Source: an uncultured Phascolarctobacterium sp. (lineage in GTDB: Bacteria; Bacillota; Negativicutes; Acidaminococcales; Acidaminococcaceae). Taken from it: a DNA stretch of 64,000 nucleotides. Made by a program: the position numbers and the translations under genes. Shown here piece after piece: positions 60,447-64,000 of the stretch (its first letter is position 1; each line of letters begins with the position of its first letter). The DNA is taken from assembly GCF_934203365.1 (NCBI RefSeq), contig NZ_CAKPZA010000012.1. One strand, given 5' to 3'. A model generated the notes under the pieces. The model was not told the DNA's origin. It was given only the letters and a program-made list of their open reading frames with translations, and did not search any database.

Positions 60447-61511
60447 TTATCTTATTATCTCAATGAAACGATGCATTGCACCTATTAGTCCATACTTCTT
60501 TAATCCAAAAGCGTAAGCATCACTACATGCTTTTTTAAATACGCTATCTTTAAAACAAACAGCGTCCTTTAACTTTTCAGCAAATTCCTTCTTATCCCCA
60601 GCCTTAACCAAAAAGCCGCTCACGCCATCTTCCACCTGCTCCCCAATCGCCCCCACGTCAAACGCTATCACTGGCCTGCTATATTTATAAGCATCAATAA
60701 TAACGCCCGACTGAGAAGCAGAATTATACGGAAGAATAACCCAATCGGCGTTAATAAATGCTTCTTTCATTTCATCATCGCTAACATAATTATTATTCAA
60801 AAACACATTAGGAAGCTTTTTCAATGCATCTACTATCCCCTGCATTTGTGGATCAACTCGACCTATAACATCAAAATGAATGTCTGGACATAATTTAGCA
60901 ATTTCTAGTAAATTGTCTACGCCCTTATATGGATTAATGCGACCAAAAAAAAGCACTCTCTTCGTATACTTTGGTTCAGTAAATTCAGGAAATCTTCTCC
61001 AAAGTTCCAAGAAATGTACCCTGTCTTTTTCTATACCATAACGTTTTATTAGTTCATCAATATATTTTTTATTACGTAAAACAATATGGTCAGATAGCTT
61101 TACTACAGCTTTATTCATCAAATCGACCATTTTTACTTGCTTATCGCCTTCATGCGGAATAACCTCATGTATTACCTGATACGTGCAAGCACTTCCAGAA
61201 AACATCATTATCGGTAAATTCCACACATGCAAACTTTCAAAATATATTACATCAAAATTCTCTTTTCTTATTTTCTTTATTAAAGAAGTCAGAAGAAAGA
61301 TATTAAATGTCTTCTTAGTGATTCCTGGTCTTTCAGGACAGTCAACAAGCCATGTATGACTAGATTTGCGCAATGCAACTTTAGGAGTCTTAATAGCTAA
61401 CAGATAAGCATCTTGCTTGCCTTCATCTTCCAAGGCTTCATATAAGCCAAAAATAGTATCTTGATGATCCGCATTATCAGAAAATGAAACCAATAAAATT
61501 TTCTTTTTCAT
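60447..61511 (-). CDS. GT4-family glycosyltransferase
   Basis: C-terminal E-x7-E region (EQVEDGVSGFLV). 354 aa. Confidence 0.7.
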   Translation of the reverse strand: MKKKILLVSFSDNADHQDTIFGLYEALEDEGKQDAYLLAIKTPKVALRKSSHTWLVDCPERPGITKKTFNIFLLTSLIKKIRKENFDVIYFESLHVWNLPIMMFSGSACTYQVIHEVIPHEGDKQVKMVDLMNKAVVKLSDHIVLRNKKYIDELIKRYGIEKDRVHFLELWRRFPEFTEPKYTKRVLFFGRINPYKGVDNLLEIAKLCPDIHFDVIGRVDPQMQGIVDALKKLPNVFLNNNYVSDDEMKEAFINADWVILPYNSASQSGVIIDAYKYSRPVIAFDVGAIGEQVEDGVSGFLVKAGDKKEFAEKLKDAVCFKDSVFKKACSDAYAFGLKKYGLIGAMHRFIEIIR

Positions 61512-61525
61512 CTCAGACTATTCCC

Positions 61526-62869
61526 TCACTTCATCGCCGTCTGCTGTCCCTTAGCAACACCTTCAGTGCTTTCAGGTACAAACAGAATCTTAATCGTAGC
61601 AAAAATTATACGCAAATCCTCCCAAAAGCTGGGATGAGCAATATACAGCAAATCCATTTGCAGCTTGTCATACGGAGTAGTGTTGTACTTGCCGTAAACC
61701 TGCGCATAACCGGTAAGACCGGCCTTTGCCTGCAGGCGCAGCTTAAACTCCGGAATCTGCTCTTCATACTGGCTGGCAATTTCCGGACGTTCCGGACGCG
61801 GGCCAACAACGCTCATGCTGCCACCTATGATATTCAAAAGCTGTGGCAGCTCGTCAATACGCACCTTGCGGATAAAATGGCCAACCGGAGTAATGCGGTC
61901 ATCGTTATCACCGCTGGAAAGACGTGCCACGCCATCCTTTTCTGCATCCACACGCATAGAACGGAACTTCAGTACATCAAACTCCTCGCCATTCTGCGTC
62001 AGGCGACGCTGCTTATAAAACACCGGTCCGCCATCTGTCATTTTAATAGCAATAGCTGTCACCAGCATCACCGGCGAAATAACCAGAAACAGCGCACCTG
62101 CAGAAACAACGTCAAAGGTACGCTTAGCAATTGTATGCCAGGGAGAAGGATTATACCTGCCCACGCGCAGCATCGGCAAATGGAACATGTGCATCTGCTG
62201 TGCACCGCTCATCAGCACATCGCCAATACGCGGAATAAGGTACATCATAATATTATTGGCAACGCAATATTTTAAAATAACATTACGTTCATGGCTATGC
62301 ACGCCACTCACAAAAACAGTCTGCGCATTTTTCAGCAAATCCAGGTTATTGATGCAGTTATCTACAGTCAGGGTTTTAATAACCGTAAACTTCTTTTCAA
62401 AGCCATATTCATGAATCAGCTTTTCCATGCCTTGACGCTCATCATAAACAATAATCGTCTTGGTAGCAGGGAACAGGATATAAAACGCAATATGCGCCAA
62501 AAAGCTCCAAATTGCGGAAATCACAATCTGCACTGCAAACACTGCCAAAATCGGCAAAACATTCGGCAAATGTCTCATCAGCAGGCAGGTAATAACATAC
62601 ATAATGCCGTTAACCATGCAAGCAGCCAATGACTGACTGTATACGCTTTCGGAAATACGGTTCAGCGAAATCCAAAAGGCACCATACACACGGCCAAAAG
62701 CAATATAAAGTATAAAAAACAAAGCTATTACCAGCCAATTACCCATGTTATAATACGGGCTTGCAATGCGCTCTGCATAATAAGCAAACCAGCATACTGC
62801 AAATGGCACTGTCATTAAAATAACATTTAACAGCTTCAATAATCGCAGTTCCAATTCCTTAAAAAACAT
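61526..62869 (-). CDS. Undecaprenyl-phosphate hexose-1-phosphate transferase (WbaP/CpsE family initiating enzyme)
   Basis: N-terminal TM block plus C-terminal bacterial sugar transferase motifs (KFRSM, PRPERPE). GC-normal. Confidence 0.85.
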   Translation of the reverse strand: MFFKELELRLLKLLNVILMTVPFAVCWFAYYAERIASPYYNMGNWLVIALFFILYIAFGRVYGAFWISLNRISESVYSQSLAACMVNGIMYVITCLLMRHLPNVLPILAVFAVQIVISAIWSFLAHIAFYILFPATKTIIVYDERQGMEKLIHEYGFEKKFTVIKTLTVDNCINNLDLLKNAQTVFVSGVHSHERNVILKYCVANNIMMYLIPRIGDVLMSGAQQMHMFHLPMLRVGRYNPSPWHTIAKRTFDVVSAGALFLVISPVMLVTAIAIKMTDGGPVFYKQRRLTQNGEEFDVLKFRSMRVDAEKDGVARLSSGDNDDRITPVGHFIRKVRIDELPQLLNIIGGSMSVVGPRPERPEIASQYEEQIPEFKLRLQAKAGLTGYAQVYGKYNTTPYDKLQMDLLYIAHPSFWEDLRIIFATIKILFVPESTEGVAKGQQTAMK

Positions 62870-62977
62870 TCTCTTAGGTCCCCCACTTCATCAACACTAT
62901 CATCCATCATAAAATACATCATTTCTACGCATAAGTGCTGCTTTTGTCCGTAAAGCAGCACTCTTTCTATATTATTA

Positions 62978-63682
62978 TTACTTTTCAGCCTCCTTGCTTC
63001 CGTAATAATAGTAATAGCCATAACCATAGCCATGGTGCTCACTGCGCACCTTGTTCAGCACAACGCCCAAAATATTGGCACCGGCATGCTGCAGCTGGTT
63101 CTTCACATCGCGCGCCAGGTCAACCTTCACCTCGCCGCTGTCAATAACCAACACCACGCCGTCAACCATAGCACCCAAAACCAGTGCATCCGCAACCGGC
63201 AGCACCGGCGGCAGGTCAATCAGCACATAATCATAAATCTCTCTGGCCTCCTGCAGCAGCTCCCGCATCCGCTCGCTGCCCAGCAGCTCGCTCGGGTTCG
63301 GCGGAATCACGCCGCTTGTCACCGCATACAGGTTGTCCACCTTCGTAGCCTGCGCTGCAGCGCTCAGCGGTGTGCCCATGCTGATGCAGCTGGAAAGCCC
63401 CAGCTTATTGGAAAGGCCAAAATTCTTGTGCACAGTCGGGTTACGCATATCGCAATCCAAAAGCAGCACGCTCTTGCCTGCCTGCGTCAGCACCACCGCC
63501 AAATTGGCAGCAGTCATGCTCTTGCCCTCGTTAGGTATGCAGCTGGTAACAGCCAGCGTCTTCAGCTCCTTACCGGCCTGCGCAAACTGGATGCTGGTGC
63601 GGATAACACGGTATGCCTCCGTCGCCGGGTTCTTCAAATCATTATGTGCAATCAGGTTTATGCCTTCCATATTTTCCTCCAC
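62978..63682 (-). CDS. BY-kinase (CpsD/Wze) with C-terminal tyrosine cluster
   Basis: Walker A NEGKSMTAANLA. C-terminal GYGYGYYYYYG. Confidence 0.85.
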   Translation of the reverse strand: MEENMEGINLIAHNDLKNPATEAYRVIRTSIQFAQAGKELKTLAVTSCIPNEGKSMTAANLAVVLTQAGKSVLLLDCDMRNPTVHKNFGLSNKLGLSSCISMGTPLSAAAQATKVDNLYAVTSGVIPPNPSELLGSERMRELLQEAREIYDYVLIDLPPVLPVADALVLGAMVDGVVLVIDSGEVKVDLARDVKNQLQHAGANILGVVLNKVRSEHHGYGYGYYYYYGSKEAEK

Positions 63683-64000
63683 ATTCTCACAGCCAGGCCA
63701 GGTTTTTTATCCTTCTCCTGCATATTCTTCTGCAAATCCTCCAAATCAGGAACACTGCCCAAAACCGGTAAATTCAGGTATTGCGCCACATCATCGGCAG
63801 TCTTGATCGTTCTGTTGAGCAGCTCGCGCACCACTACAAAGCCACTGCTTGCCAAAATGCCCAGCAGTGCTGCCAAAAGCAGTGTCATCGCCTTACGCGG
63901 CTTCACAGGGGATTCCGGCAGCGTTCCGCTGTCCACCACCTGCACCTCGGTAGCAACGCTTGCTTCCGCAACCTTGGCCTCCTCCAGGCGTTTGGCCAGC
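63658..64000 (-). CDS. Polysaccharide co-polymerase CpsC/Wzd (Wzz family), C-terminal part; gene continues beyond the right window edge
   Basis: Second TM plus basic C-terminal tail. The frame stays open to position 64000 (...LAKRLEEAKVAEASVATEVQVVDSGT...). 25-nt overlap with cpsD. Confidence 0.7.
   Translation of the reverse strand, partial: LAKRLEEAKVAEASVATEVQVVDSGTLPESPVKPRKAMTLLLAALLGILASSGFVVVRELLNRTIKTADDVAQYLNLPVLGSVPDLEDLQKNMQEKDKKPGLAVRMWRKIWKA

Noticed and set aside
1-64000. CRISPR arrays, rRNA or tRNA genes, integrase or attachment sites
   Set aside because: No spaced direct-repeat arrays, no rRNA-like conserved blocks, no cloverleaf candidates, and no tyrosine/serine recombinase genes were found by eye.

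Overview
This window looks like a Firmicutes chromosome, and probably a diderm (Negativicutes-like) one, because it carries a Wzi-like outer-membrane β-barrel with a C-terminal aromatic residue. Every CDS I call is on the minus strand except five (MerR, DUF1858, LDH, Rpn, IS110 transposase). Three blocks stand out.

- **1..7827: nitrogenase-like operon.** A NifH-like ATPase and two NifD/K-like subunits sit with a periplasmic-binding-protein/FecCD ABC importer and a CobN-family chelatase that runs off the left edge. A MerR-type regulator is encoded divergently. I cannot assign this to a named pathway and rate it the most interesting system here.
- **9017..30562: conserved core.** recO–corC-like–era–cdd–ybeY–phoH, PPIase, hydrolase, pgeF, nrdR, then a dcw cell-wall/division cluster running ftsZ … mraZ. 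The cluster lacks ftsA, ftsW and ftsI, and has a terminator hairpin between ftsL and murE. DUF1858 and an LDH-family gene follow on the plus strand.
- **32456..64000: mosaic surface-polysaccharide locus.** It starts at the Wzi-like OMP and ends at cpsC/cpsD. A GC-normal backbone (wbaP, cpsD, cpsC, galU and three decayed genes: a wecB fragment, ugd with a nonsense codon plus a frameshift, and a UDP-GlcA-epimerase with two TAG nonsense codons) surrounds an AT-rich serotype-type core. The core encodes wzx, wzy, a GT4, LicD, a LicC-LicA fusion, a TarI-like gene, and GDP-heptose genes gmhA/hddA/hddC-gmhB.
- **Defence and mobile elements inside the locus.** A three-gene cassette (PD-(D/E)xK 'sce7726-like' + 'sce7725-like' + a RES-domain protein split by an in-frame TGA). 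A Thoeris-type-II-like pair (2TM-Macro + DUF1863/TIR-like). A DUF2971 protein and two AT-rich orphan genes. An intact Rpn nuclease plus an Rpn remnant. A frameshifted IS110 transposase. A 28-nt terminator hairpin duplicated at 35.2 kb and 44.5 kb.

I found no rRNA, tRNA or CRISPR array.
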